Positions 10,469-21,909 of a stretch of DNA of 64,000 bases are shown here, in pieces. The notes below the pieces were generated by a model. The model was given only the letters and a program-made list of their open reading frames with translations. It made no database searches and was not told where the DNA came from. The stretch covers positions 64,001 to 128,000 of the forward strand of contig CAWJCY010000012.1 of NCBI GenBank assembly GCA_963841565.1, in the 5' to 3' direction. The first letter of the stretch is position 1. Each line of letters begins with the position of its first letter. Both the position numbers and the translations under genes were made by a program. Origin of the DNA: an uncultured Nitrososphaerales archaeon (GTDB lineage Archaea > Thermoproteota > Nitrososphaeria > Nitrososphaerales > Nitrososphaeraceae).

Positions 10469-11345
10469 CTAACGCGTAGTATATTTGCGTTCTAAATCTA
10501 TGTACTTTTGTAGGTTTACTAGCCTATTGAATTCTTCAAAAGTTATCATTTTTTCCCTTTCTCTAGATGTACTACCTGATCTATGCAGCTCCTCGAACAC
10601 TTGTTTCATAGCAAACGCTGAAGCAAATAAACCAGAGAGCGGAAAAACACCGATCCTGAAACCCAAGTCATGAAGCTCCGATGCCGTCAGGTTTGGTGTT
10701 ATCCCCCCCTCGATCATGTTAGCTACTAACGGGGCATCAATCTTGCTGCCAATTTCCTTTAGCTCGTCTATCGATCTCAGGAGCTTCGACGAAGATGACA
10801 TCTGCGCCAAATTTGAAATATTCTCTGCCACGTTCTATAGCTTCATCCAGGCCAGAAGTGGCACGAGCATCAGTTCTAGCAACTACAATAAAGTCCTTGT
10901 CATCACGTGCGTCGATCGCAGCAGTTAGTTTCAGTAAATATTCATCGACTGAAATTATTTCCTTCCCTGCCATGTGACCGCACCGCTTCGGCCAAACTTG
11001 ATCCTCTAAAAAGACTCCTGAGATACCCATCGATTCAAGGTCTTTTACAATACGCCATACGGTTAGCGGGTTACCATATCCAGTATCAATATCCACTATG
11101 ACAGGAATATCGACTGCTCGGACTATTTTTCGTGCATTATCCATAGTTTCTCCCGCATTCAAAAAACCATAATCCGGCATGCCTAGTACAGTGGCTGCAG
11201 ATCCGTAACCGGTTTGAAAAATAGCGTCGAAGCCTGTAATCTCAGTGATTCGAGCGCTCAATGCGTCAAATACCCCAGGTAACACAACGAATTCGTTAGG
11301 GTTCAGAATTTTTTGTCTAAGCTGAACAATTGATTTGGAATTCAC
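10469..11345 (-). CDS. prpB: Isocitrate lyase/PEP mutase family enzyme (methylisocitrate lyase-like); +1 frameshift at about 10778
   Basis: DIDTGYG, EDQVWPKRCGH, VARTDA; VEAP(g)RSIDEL joins to PLVANMIEGG in ORF 10469..10831. Confidence 0.75.
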
Positions 11346-11610
11346 AATGCAGAATAGAACAAATTGGCTATTAAGTTATCGTCATTTTAACTGAAACGGT
11401 CCGAATTTTTTGGGTCTTCATATTAAATTAGCCCAGAAGGCAGCAATACAGCTACTCTGGAATCTACCCAAATACTATGCTTAAAATAAATCCTGAATTA
11501 GCATCATCAGGTTTAATCTTCAAATGGTGATTCATACCACTTTTTTCCTGTAGGAACTTGGTCAAACATAACTATAAATCGTATCTGGCCTATTGAAATG
11601 AACGATTCAA

Positions 11611-11967
11611 GTGGTTCTACATATTTACGTAGATGGTAGCGGAAGTCCTTACTTCAAATATGGTTACTTTATAGATGAAACTGGAGAATCTCATATGGAA
11701 CATCTTGAAGGTATTTCCAATAATGAGGCGGAATACTTGGCGATCATCGCTGCGCTTAACAATGTTGCTAATAAAGACAGTCAAATTGTACTACTATCTG
11801 ATAGCCAATTGGTAGTAAATCAAATCAATCACAAATTTGGGATAAACAATGAAAAATTAAGAAGACTTGCTACTCAGGTTTGGGTCCTTGAAAAAAAATT
11901 TGAGAAATTCGAACTTCAATGGCTGCGCAGGTCCGAAAACAAGGCAGGAAAGATGCTTGGTAGCTGA
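11611..11967 (+). CDS. rnhA: Ribonuclease HI
   Basis: IYVDGS, SNNEAEYLA, SDSQLVVNQ, W.RRSEN motifs. Confidence 0.9.
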   Translation: MVLHIYVDGSGSPYFKYGYFIDETGESHMEHLEGISNNEAEYLAIIAALNNVANKDSQIVLLSDSQLVVNQINHKFGINNEKLRRLATQVWVLEKKFEKFELQWLRRSENKAGKMLGS

Positions 11968-11993
11968 AAACACAATCTGCAATCCTGAACGAA

Positions 11994-12025
11994 TAGAAGA
12001 AGGAAATTAGAAGAAGGAAATTAGA
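11994..12025. repeat. 14-bp tandem duplication TAGAAGAAGGAAAT x2.3
   Basis: Read directly: tagaagaaggaaat tagaagaaggaaat taga. Confidence 0.9.
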
Positions 12026-12814
12026 TTTGATTTGTTTACAAAATCAAAATTGGTATCGCTCACCTTGCGTAACGGGAATATTCAATGCACGTTCTAATCT
12101 GTAGAAACCCTACTTGGCCAGTATATAATTACAAACATTCTAGCACTGAGGACTATTATATATTTTACATGTTACAAAAGGACTCACTGTATCAAAATGA
12201 TACCAGATTGGATCATGATAAAGTCAGTGAGGAACATTGGCACTGAAATGCCTAGACTTACAGTTTCTCATGCAACCAGTAAGGATAATTCTTTCGAATA
12301 TTTATCCTTAGAATAGATTTGAAAGATAATTCGCTTGTAGGGTTAATTTAAGTGAAGTGTAATTACATATATTATCTCCTTTCTTGCCACACTCTGGCCA
12401 ATGGCGGAGAGCAGATAGCCTATCCATCTTAGCCCTGAAAAAAACTAAACCCTCTTTACCCATATCTTGAAAAAAGCAAATCATTATCGTATTGCCGTGA
12501 TTAATTGCATAATATTTCTGGTCATTTCAACTGTAAGAAAAATAAATAAGAGGAGTAGATTAATCAGTTTTCACTAACGACCCAAACATATGATACAAAA
12601 CCATTTAATGGGTGGCAAATCGTAATATGATCAAATAACAAAAAACCTTCGGGCTTCTGTATTTCACAAGACTAAAGCCCTGGAATGATGGAATATGATT
12701 TCCTTCATTATTTTATTATTTTTTCAGTCACAAGTTCACGCTACAGGACTGATGGTTTCAAATAAACGTTCATTATTTCTTCTTTGATTGTCGTATTAAA
12801 ATCCGAGCGACTGT

Positions 12815-13090
12815 TTAGCCAGCTGAGATAGCTGAATCTTCTTCTGGAGCAGTGGTTAGTTCATTCATAGTATTGTAAATTTCCAAGTACCTCTTCCCTT
12901 TTTGGGTAGTAACGTAAGTTTGTTCTCCTAACCTGTATTCTAATAATCCATTATCTTGTAATTCTGTCAAATGGGCACAAAGTTGATTGTGAGAAAGATA
13001 TGCTTTATACATGATCTTGGTCTTATTTTCTGCAATTATTGCAGCTTCCAGGATCAGGGCATTTATGTCTTGTCTCCCCCTATTTTTCAT
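12815..13090 (-). CDS. Winged-helix transcriptional regulator (HTH_45/DUF4364-like)
   Basis: R.R.DI...IL..KTKIMYKAYLS...L...GLL...TTQKG..YL pattern typical of the expanded thaumarchaeal family. Confidence 0.85.
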   Translation of the reverse strand: MKNRGRQDINALILEAAIIAENKTKIMYKAYLSHNQLCAHLTELQDNGLLEYRLGEQTYVTTQKGKRYLEIYNTMNELTTAPEEDSAISAG

Positions 13091-13468
13091 GATATGATCT
13101 GCTATGGAGGATGAAGTTATTTATCAGAATCGAAAAGAGGTTATTAGTTTAGGTTATATTGAATATTTATGGTACTCCATACTATAATATTCTTCCTATC
13201 AAAACTAGTATTATGTAATACATATACATTTTTCGTAACTCAGACCAATCAGAAAAATATTGGAACATTCCAATGAATATGCATAAGGGGCTGCTGTTAT
13301 TGTGTGCAAGCTAGCTTCTCGTATTAATCGCATATCACTCCCATGGGCCATATGATGAATAGACTGAAATTTCCTGAATCTTTGACCTTTCACAATACAT
13401 CCGACCAACGCTCCATGTTAAGCAAATTTTCGAGGTACCTTCGTCGCATTTTCAATAATAATACATTT

Positions 13469-13625
13469 TCAGGTCCTCTTTCCCTTCCATCCTTCAAAGC
13501 ATTGTAAATGATAGTACTCTGTTTCATTCCCTGTATTGGCCACTACGTACACGCTCCCAAGGGAGTCCAGGTTTATTACTTTTTTGCATTCACTGCAGAA
13601 TACTGGGGCTTGTGCTCGCCGACAT
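13469..13625 (-). CDS. Small CxxC...HxxC zinc-finger protein (about 51 aa); needs a +1 frameshift near 13615
   Basis: MSA/AQAPVFCSECKKVINLDSLGSVYVVANTGNETEYYHLQCFEGWKGKRT*; purine-rich tract upstream of ATG; length 3n+1. Confidence 0.55.
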
Positions 13626-14100
13626 AGTTACTCTTTCCTATCCGTTCTTAATAGGCAAGAATTAAGATTTTAACTTTGCTGTCAACCTCCAGTTCAGGTG
13701 AATTGTCTAGCATTTGTACTTGATGCGATTGCTAGACATTCCCCAATCTAGCACGCGTTTCGTGCAAATAGTATGTTGAAGGTGGAATAAGTGAGTTGTC
13801 CCGGTTTTAATAATTAATGCAAGATAAGCAAAGCCTGAATCTACTGAAGATCATTGGGAAGAGTACCGACTTGAAGATCGTTTTATATTAAGCTGTTAGA
13901 AAAGTGATTTACAACTGCAGGAGACCAAACCTTAATAGAAATGTAAGCGCGTGCAATCTAAGAAACAATTAAAATGACTAGATTTAAGGAATTATGAGGA
14001 TGCGGGTTTGTTTGAACATTACTCAAGTTCGATGCTACACCCACTATCAATTCAACATCTTTGAGACAAGAGATAAATAATTGAAGTGCGTTGATGGAGT

Positions 14101-14754
14101 GTGCAAGAGGAGAAGGATCAGAGTAAGAAACAATCTGTAACTATTGCCTCGTATCTTTTGTCTACCGTTGGATCCATTTCTAATTCTGATGTGATCATCC
14201 TTGAAGCAAACGGTCCTGTTGACGATGCGAGCCATCTTATGAAAGATAAGAACTCGACAAGTGTTCTCGTGTCTGCAAGGGGGGATATCGTTGGCGTGGT
14301 CAGCAAGACAGACATTTTATTCAAAGTAATGTCTCAAAACAGAGATCCCTCTAAGGTAAAACTTCGAGAAATAATGTCTAGTCCAGTCCTGACAATACGT
14401 CCTAATGCCACCGTAGAGGAAGCATTATCGAAGATGGCAAAACGAAATGTCAGACAAATTTATCTCCATGCCTTTAACGCAATAATCGGAGTGGTATCTA
14501 GGGAGCAGATCTATAGGAAGATGGAGGAGATATCTCTTTCGACTGAAAACTTGGCAATAAGTGGGACTCCAGTATGCATTGTGAATTCAAAATCTGTCAC
14601 ATATATCAAAGATAAAAGTAAGGTAAATTACCTGTGTCCATACTGCCAGTCACCGTTTGATACCACTGAAGGTCTTTCAAAACACATGGACAGATTTCAT
14701 AATGAATTTGATGCAGGCGTTCTTGAGGGAGACGTCAGGTCAATTTTCGAATAA
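14101..14754 (+). CDS. CBS-pair protein with C-terminal C2H2 zinc finger
   Basis: Two CBS repeats (VGVVSKTDI, IMSSPV); CPYCQSPF...LSKHMDRFH. Confidence 0.9.
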   Translation: MQEEKDQSKKQSVTIASYLLSTVGSISNSDVIILEANGPVDDASHLMKDKNSTSVLVSARGDIVGVVSKTDILFKVMSQNRDPSKVKLREIMSSPVLTIRPNATVEEALSKMAKRNVRQIYLHAFNAIIGVVSREQIYRKMEEISLSTENLAISGTPVCIVNSKSVTYIKDKSKVNYLCPYCQSPFDTTEGLSKHMDRFHNEFDAGVLEGDVRSIFE

Positions 14755-15381
14755 TTCAATTGGTCCTTTTCGAATTGATAGGTTGTTTAAATTCTAACTC
14801 AAAAATTCTCATTTTAGCTAATTTGAGTCTGAACGGAATTCGTGGAATGTAACCATTCGTCTATATATTCAACTATATCCCAATAGGGAACAATATGCAA
14901 TGATAGAATTTGGATTAACAACCTTATTTGCATTTCAGGCTTCAACAACATACTCTAGGCCTGTCAACACATTCCTACTCTTTAGAACTATCCTATCGTA
15001 TGGGATTGAAACTGGTGATATTAGCTTCACCTATCACATATTCAAGGAATCTTAATTTAATGAAGGAATATGATAAGTGGAGCAATAGGTTATACCGCAG
15101 TTGATTGAAAATTCAAGGAGTCTATTCGATCTATGAATTATTTGATTAGACCGAATATCCATATGCTTTGTAGAAACGGAACTTGCATTTAGTTTCAATT
15201 CTGTCATTGTGGTATCCAATCGTTACAACAATTGGTTGTATCCTATGGCTGATCATGTTTTACATATTAGTGACAGTTATTCGCGAATTCTATTAATCTT
15301 TTTCAACTATTGTTGTAGTTTCTTACCGGATTGAGATTCTCTTAAGAAAACATAATAATAACCTATTCGTATAATTGTAGG

Positions 15382-15894
15382 TTGCAGAAACAAATGGCTA
15401 TACGGCCTTTCTGTATTAGGGAAAAAAGGCATAATGTGAACAAAGACATCGATAATATACATAGTGCATTTCTTTCATTTGAGGAGATTTGTCCACAATG
15501 GTCCCTAGCGCTGCGATTAGGAGTCACAAATAATTCCAACCTAGATATCCAGGATGCAAAGAACTGTATAGTCGGGGAGGCTCATGGCTTCAGAAATAGG
15601 GGCTTGCGATGTTCGAAATGCTGGGAGTATTCTCAGAGCTTCACTTTTTGTATATACGGAAATAAGATGCATAAATACATCATAACTGACAACCGAAGGT
15701 TTGAAGATTTAAAATTTGATTTTGTCTCTCATTTTAACCGAAAACACTTGCTTAATCGATCTCATCGACCACGTATGGTAGATCTGCCGATTCGAAGATT
15801 ATCAAGAATTTTACATGGGCTCAGAAATCTATTACTCCCATTGTTTCTTTATCAAAACGTTATCAAAAGTAGTAATCCGATCGTATTGAGTTAG
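15382..15894 (+). CDS. Hypothetical Cys/His-motif protein
   Basis: CPQW, CIVGEAHG, CSKC, HFNRKH; true start probably downstream of the ORF start. Confidence 0.55.
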   Translation: MQKQMAIRPFCIREKRHNVNKDIDNIHSAFLSFEEICPQWSLALRLGVTNNSNLDIQDAKNCIVGEAHGFRNRGLRCSKCWEYSQSFTFCIYGNKMHKYIITDNRRFEDLKFDFVSHFNRKHLLNRSHRPRMVDLPIRRLSRILHGLRNLLLPLFLYQNVIKSSNPIVLS

Positions 15895-16208
15895 AAATAA
15901 GTCGGTTAAGGAAGTCTGTTGGCATTTTGGCTTTGAATTAATTGCAAGTTGTTCTGTCTATTTCATAAAGACGGTACTACGGTAATGACCGACAATGTTC
16001 TAGATGTCAATATCTTGTATGGCATTACTTGCGAATCTAAACATCGGCTCTAAAAACTGAACCTTAAGATAGTTGATCCAAGCTTATGCTAACACAACAT
16101 CGCATACACCCAGATAGGAAGAGGTCACTTTCAAAAGCTGGCATTTTAGTCGAAACAGTTGATAATTGAAAGACTCACAAAATTTAATAATTCCAAAGGT
16201 GTTTTTGA

Positions 16209-16718
16209 TTACTCTTGGTTAGAACCATATTTTTCCATGTGTACTAATAGGCGAAGGGGGAGGCGATTCTTTTTCTTACCGGTTAAAGCCCTAGTTGGAT
16301 AACCGAAACCCAGGATAATTGAGGGAGTCAAATCATTTGGGATCTTAAAGTCATTTCGAAGATTTGCTTCATTAATACCTGTGTACAGCCCTGACCCTAC
16401 CCCCTCATTCCATGCAGTAAGTTGCATGTTTTGAGCAACTCTGCCCGCATCGATCAAATGAAAGCGCAGGGTTGGATTTGTCAGAATAATTATTGCAAAA
16501 TCTGCTCCTACGATCCATGCTCCGCTTGTGCTATCCAAGGCAAGCTGACTCAAATTTTTCTTTTCCTCAACTAGAATGAACCGCCAGTGTTGCAAGTTCA
16601 AGCCGGAACCTGTTTGTCTAGCAGATTCGAGAATTCTTTGCTTTATATCAGATTCAACTTCTTTTCTCATAAATTCCCTTACTTCAAGTTTTGATATTAT
16701 GCATTCGAAAGTGTCCAT
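16209..16718 (-). CDS. Nitroreductase family protein
   Basis: EVREF, GSGLNLQHWRF, DAGRVAQNMQLTAW..GVGS, LGFGYP. Confidence 0.92.
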   Translation of the reverse strand: MDTFECIISKLEVREFMRKEVESDIKQRILESARQTGSGLNLQHWRFILVEEKKNLSQLALDSTSGAWIVGADFAIIILTNPTLRFHLIDAGRVAQNMQLTAWNEGVGSGLYTGINEANLRNDFKIPNDLTPSIILGFGYPTRALTGKKKNRLPLRLLVHMEKYGSNQE

Positions 16719-17044
16719 TTCCTGGTGATCAACACAATATATTATTTGAGGCCTTAAAGGCTTTCATACCCCACAGTTGCAGAACCCAGTCTGTTGAATC
16801 CACCAGACTCAAACGTTAATTGTATTTAGGACTCCGTTTATCTCTTGTCCAAGGCGCATCGACTAACCGTTTCCCTCATAGCTATTAGTATTTAAACTCC
16901 TTCGTTTTCCGAGTATGAATATTAATTCTCTCTCCTATTCTCCGTTTGATTCATTTCCACCATAATGACTAGTTTCATCTCACCGATAATCGACCGAGAA
17001 AGATTGTCGTTCATACACGACCCAAAAAAATTTCCTTCAATTGA

Positions 17045-18370
17045 TCAATTCTCTTGTTCGCTAGTTTCATCTTGAGACGAGGAATCAACTTCAGACAGAG
17101 AGGATGGGATTATTTTCAGGAGACTTCCCTGACCTTCACTTTCTCTATCGTATGTCAGAATGTACAAATTGCCATCAGGACCAGTTTCAATTTCGGCAAT
17201 CCCTGTAAAGCCAGTTCCAAGTGTTATGGCTGACATTTCATCATCGCTGTCTGCAACCAAGTCGCTCAAAAGTGGATCACTTTCCAAGCTTATCCCTGTC
17301 CTATCGGCGTTAAGCCGGAAAAAGTAAAGTGTTCCTGAAGTTATATCTCCTGCAAAGATTCCATTTTCGTATGTTGAGCCAAATGCTGTTGAATTTAAAA
17401 ACTCAATGTCGGTTAATCCTCGAGATTCAGCCCAGCTAAAGACAGGGTCAGCATAATGTGAGCCTGGGAGATTAACCAAATCAGATTCAGACACGCCTGC
17501 ATTAGTACCCATAGGTCCCATGACTGATTTCCAGCCGCTATTAAATCCAGGTTCAACCAGGTTAATTTCATCGAATACATCCTCGCCATTTTCTGCATCC
17601 CAAAGTTTTCCCGTCACGGGGTCAAAATCGAACCCATAACTGTTTCTAATACCATAGGCATAATATCTGCTGGCCTCCTCGCCGCTAGCGACAAACGGAT
17701 TATTCGTAGAGGCAGATCCATCAAAGGGGTTCACTCTAAGAATTACGCCGGTATCATCTGGCGGCGGGCCATTTTGCAAGTTTTGAAGCTGCCCTTCCCT
17801 CTGCATTTCTCCAACTACGACATATAGTTGCTTATCTGGGCCAACCTTGAGCTTTCCTCCTTGATGATTTGTGCCTGGCGTAGATGGCAGATCTAGGAGT
17901 AATCGTGGGTCAGTTAGAGAGGAGCCGTCCCAGGCATAGCTATATACCCTGTTCCTGACCTCGCCTTCAGTAGAGACTCCCTCCACCTGAGCGCCGCTTT
18001 CAGTGACAAAAAGGTATACCCTATTACCATCGTAAGTTATACCTAATAAGCCACGCTCATTGTTACTCTCAATTTGTTCAATCTGAAAGACTGGTGCTGA
18101 TTGCAACACACCGTTTGAAATCAATCTGACATTCCCTTCTTTCTCCAAAAATAGGATGGTATTATTATCAAGAAAGGAAAGACTAGTCGGAGAAGCTAAT
18201 CCATCTACCATAGATTGAATTGTGAGACTTGGATCGTTAAGTTGCCCTTGAGCAAAGGCCGAATTAAGACTCGAAGGAAAAAGGATGAAAGTAAAAATAA
18301 ACGCCGCAAAATGCACAATCCCTAAAGTCACCAAAGTAGCCGACATATCTATTATTTTAAGACAAGCCAT
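17045..18370 (-). CDS. PQQ-dependent sugar dehydrogenase (soluble GDH/Asd family), exported
   Basis: Signal/TM with AFA|Q; ERGLLGI, NHQGG, YAYGIRNSYGFDFDP, ENG, DEINLV. Confidence 0.92.
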   Translation of the reverse strand: MACLKIIDMSATLVTLGIVHFAAFIFTFILFPSSLNSAFAQGQLNDPSLTIQSMVDGLASPTSLSFLDNNTILFLEKEGNVRLISNGVLQSAPVFQIEQIESNNERGLLGITYDGNRVYLFVTESGAQVEGVSTEGEVRNRVYSYAWDGSSLTDPRLLLDLPSTPGTNHQGGKLKVGPDKQLYVVVGEMQREGQLQNLQNGPPPDDTGVILRVNPFDGSASTNNPFVASGEEASRYYAYGIRNSYGFDFDPVTGKLWDAENGEDVFDEINLVEPGFNSGWKSVMGPMGTNAGVSESDLVNLPGSHYADPVFSWAESRGLTDIEFLNSTAFGSTYENGIFAGDITSGTLYFFRLNADRTGISLESDPLLSDLVADSDDEMSAITLGTGFTGIAEIETGPDGNLYILTYDRESEGQGSLLKIIPSSLSEVDSSSQDETSEQEN

Positions 18371-18773
18371 TGTTTCTTAAATTAACTTTGAGTCTACAAA
18401 GTACCACACCGCAAACTAATCTGTTTTTTTTGATTATTTCCGAAGAATAAAAGCAGGGGTTTAACTTGCGTTTTCCTATACTAGTTGGCGAAGTAGCATA
18501 TGCTAAGACGGCGGTTAAAACATTAGCCTGATTATTCAATGACTCTCAATGGCAAGACAAACAATAGCCTATCGTGCCAAGATAAGATAATATGTTGTTT
18601 TTCCATGAAGTGTGTCAGAGCCAGAAGGATTTCAAGAAATATATGGTCAAATTGGTTGAAAATACTTAGTTATTTTCCTTCAGAGTGAGCTTTCAAGTCA
18701 GCGAAGGATAGCTAATAAAAAGCTCAAAAATATTGGTAGAAAAATCAAGTTTTGCTATAGAACGATGAGTTGG

Positions 18774-19100
18774 TTATATTCCCACAGTATCGACCTTCTT
18801 AATCTCTAGAGTAACTCTGTCCCCTACTTTTAGACCCATGTCCTCGTACTCCCTCATACTCAACTTTAAGGTAGGAGATTCGGAAAGCCCGACGCCTCCC
18901 ATCATGTTTGAAAACGCCTTGGGTAAATTCTTCATCATGTCTTCTGGAGATGTAAAAGCAAATGCATGAGCCCCAAAGGGACTCTGAGGTGAGCGATGTC
19001 TGCTTTCACTTGTAGAAGAAGGATCGCTAAAGCTCAGATATATGTATGGGCTACCGTCTTGGGTTGCTTCGATGCGTGAGACTATAAATTCTTTCTTCAT
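18774..19100 (-). CDS. Conserved hypothetical small beta protein, possibly arcadin-1-like
   Basis: N-terminal strands FIVSRIE/PYIYLSF, flexible Met/Pro middle, C-terminal PTLKLSMREYEDMGLKVGDRVTLEI. Confidence 0.6.
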   Translation of the reverse strand: MKKEFIVSRIEATQDGSPYIYLSFSDPSSTSESRHRSPQSPFGAHAFAFTSPEDMMKNLPKAFSNMMGGVGLSESPTLKLSMREYEDMGLKVGDRVTLEIKKVDTVGI

Positions 19101-19828
19101 TACTAAATGAATTAATGCAAACACTTTATAGTTTTTTGGGTTTACTTAATGATAAAACTGGTGAACGTTTGGCAGGATATCAGGCTCGACAAGTCTTAAG
19201 CAAACAGAATTTTAGAGATTTCTATTGAATTAACACATTTCAATAGCAGTGATCTTGGGGACAATGATCGATAAAATAGAGATCTAGAAATACGACGTAT
19301 TTTTCCCATATTTTTGCCCACTAGCAATCTATGAGTACAACAGACTGCGAGATTGGGCTACTTCTAAGCCTCAAAAGAGGTAATGAATATGGTCCTTTCC
19401 TTATCATATCCTAAAAATATGTGAAATCTTGTGTCAAAGAATACGCACTGGATATACACAGGAGTTGGACAGATCAGGATACACGCAATAATTCCAGCGT
19501 CAATTCGGATCTTGCTGTTGTTATGGCAGGGGAAATTTCAACTATCATTTAGGAACGTGAAGTGTAAAACAACAAAACAAATTTTAGCTTATCTATATGA
19601 AATCTATCTCGAAAATATCTGAAATCAATCCGTATGTCAACATGTCGCTATCATTTGTAGGTACTACAAACCAAAAACAAATCCCCAAGATAATGAGAGG
19701 CGTTGTGCAACGTTAAACTATACGCAACTTTTTTTAGATTTGAGCAAGACGCATCCTGCATTTTGTTAATTCTAGTATTTATTCATAATTCGGATGTGAG
19801 AAATATAGGAATAAACATATAAAGCATA

Positions 19829-21547
19829 ATGGTCTATCAACGAATTCGATTACTAGTGAAGACCATAGAGATTACTGAATCAGGATGTTCACCCGTTTAC
19901 TTGTGCATTTTTTCACTTCTGGTTTTCATCACGCTCTATGCTTCACATTCAATTCTTGATTACTTTCTCACTGAGAACAAATACACCAATTCGCTATCAC
20001 CTTTTCTCATGATAGTACACGCTACAGTAACTGGTAACAATACGTCACAGAGTAATGATGACTGGTGGCCAACAGTTAATCACGATTTGTATGGGACAAG
20101 GAGTACCAATCAAACCATAATCAATATGGAGAATGTCGATTCGTTGGGAGTCAAGTGGCAGATCGTAAATAATTTTGAAATACAAGATCCACCCATAGTT
20201 ATTAACAACACTGGTTACGTTCAAGATTATGCTGGAAATGTTTTCGCTTTTAATATAGAGGATGGGCGTGTTCTGTGGAATGTCCGTGTTGGTTATGGTC
20301 CGACAATGGGGCTAAGTTATGACAATGGCTTAATCTTTTCTAACACCGCTACGAAGGGTACTGTTGTTGCAATTAACTCAACAGATGGTAGTAAAGAATG
20401 GGAATCTGAAACTCTTGGTAATACCTCAGTGGGTTATAGCATAGATTCCTTTCCTATTGTATGGAAAAGTTACGTAATTACTGGTTCAGGGGGTAGCGGA
20501 TTGCCGCCGGGCCTTGGTCTGGTAAAGGGTAACGTTACAGCACTTAACCGTACTGACGGCAGTATACTGTGGAACCTTGAAACAACCACTGGTGAATGGG
20601 TTGAAATGGGCAAGACCCCGCCAAATGGAGGGGCAACGGCATGGTCTGGAGGTTCATTTGATCCAGAAGAAGGAATTTTATATTTCCCGTTAGGGAGCGC
20701 TTCTCCGAACTTTAATGCTTCTACAAGACAAACACCAAACCTCTATTCCAATCATATGATAGCTGTGAACGTTACTTCAGGGGAGATAATATGGGCAACG
20801 CCATTTATAGCACATGATACCGTCCTAAGTAATGTTATAGTTCCAGATACTCACGATTGGGATACGTCGTGGGGTAGGAGCATTAGTAAGATTTCGCTGC
20901 AAAATGGCACTGAGAAGAAGATCGTGATAGGACATGATAAGATGGGTAACTTAATTGCGATGGATGGCAAGACCGGTGATGAGATATGGTGGAAGACATT
21001 GGGGAAACCAATCAACGTCAATAAAATTCCTGCACCAAACGGGACAGGCCTCATTTGGGCATACGGTGTATATAATTATCATGCTGTGGACAACAATAAT
21101 ACGCTGTACATTACTGCAACAAACCGAGGTTTAGATTTCTTCACCGATGGTTTGAGTGGTCATAAGAAGGCAGCTCCGGATACAATCGAGCAAGGACTAA
21201 AGAATGGGACAATTTATGCGATTGATATCCTCACCGGTAAAATTAAATGGAAATTTGATACAGGGTTTCCACCGAGAGTGTCTCCTCTGGTTACTAATGA
21301 TTTACTGTTTACTGGCTATATTCCATACGAAAGACAAACAAAGTCAGGGACGATTCTGGCTCTAGACAAACAGAATGGAAGCAAATTATGGGAGTTTAAT
21401 GTGGATGCGCCTATAGCCCCGGTTGGGCCATCTATCGCTAATGGTCTACTTTTTGTACCCACAGGCAAATTAGTCTCTAACCCCGCTCATTCATCTAGTA
21501 GCGGTGAGGGTTCATTGATTGCATTTGAGCCTAGGGCGTCTAGTTAA
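19829..21547 (+). CDS. Exported PQQ-binding 8-bladed beta-propeller (quinoprotein dehydrogenase-like)
   Basis: Repeated A.D/N..TG...W tryptophan-docking motifs; WPTVNHDLYGTR; GGATAW; NLYSN; DTHDWD. Confidence 0.88.
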   Translation: MVYQRIRLLVKTIEITESGCSPVYLCIFSLLVFITLYASHSILDYFLTENKYTNSLSPFLMIVHATVTGNNTSQSNDDWWPTVNHDLYGTRSTNQTIINMENVDSLGVKWQIVNNFEIQDPPIVINNTGYVQDYAGNVFAFNIEDGRVLWNVRVGYGPTMGLSYDNGLIFSNTATKGTVVAINSTDGSKEWESETLGNTSVGYSIDSFPIVWKSYVITGSGGSGLPPGLGLVKGNVTALNRTDGSILWNLETTTGEWVEMGKTPPNGGATAWSGGSFDPEEGILYFPLGSASPNFNASTRQTPNLYSNHMIAVNVTSGEIIWATPFIAHDTVLSNVIVPDTHDWDTSWGRSISKISLQNGTEKKIVIGHDKMGNLIAMDGKTGDEIWWKTLGKPINVNKIPAPNGTGLIWAYGVYNYHAVDNNNTLYITATNRGLDFFTDGLSGHKKAAPDTIEQGLKNGTIYAIDILTGKIKWKFDTGFPPRVSPLVTNDLLFTGYIPYERQTKSGTILALDKQNGSKLWEFNVDAPIAPVGPSIANGLLFVPTGKLVSNPAHSSSSGEGSLIAFEPRASS

Positions 21548-21909
21548 GAATTTCTTTCATAGCCGAAGTAAAGCGTGGCCATCATAATTATAAATGGCAC
21601 ATTTTTTCATTTGTGAGTTATAACCAAATACTATAACTTCAATCAACAAATCAAATACACAATTTTAGCTGGATGGTCCACATTCACACTTGAATTCGGG
21701 GCAGCCAACTCTTAGTAAATTAGTCGTCAGACTACCGGAATGTCTCAATGTCTGAATGTCTTGTCTGAAAGATTTACAAGATAAGCCACAATTAAAACAT
21801 GAATGATAATCGCAATGGCAGTAAAAACAGGGCGTAGTAAAATCTGAAATATGAATAAATACTCAAAGAAATATGTAATTAGACAGCCCACATGAGGAGG
21901 AGATTATAG

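Noticed and set aside
2085-21712. Shared GGCAGCC(C)AACT motif upstream of both beta-helix paralogs (about 2090 minus, about 21700 plus)
   Set aside because: Only about 11 nt with an indel and different spacing; compatible with chance
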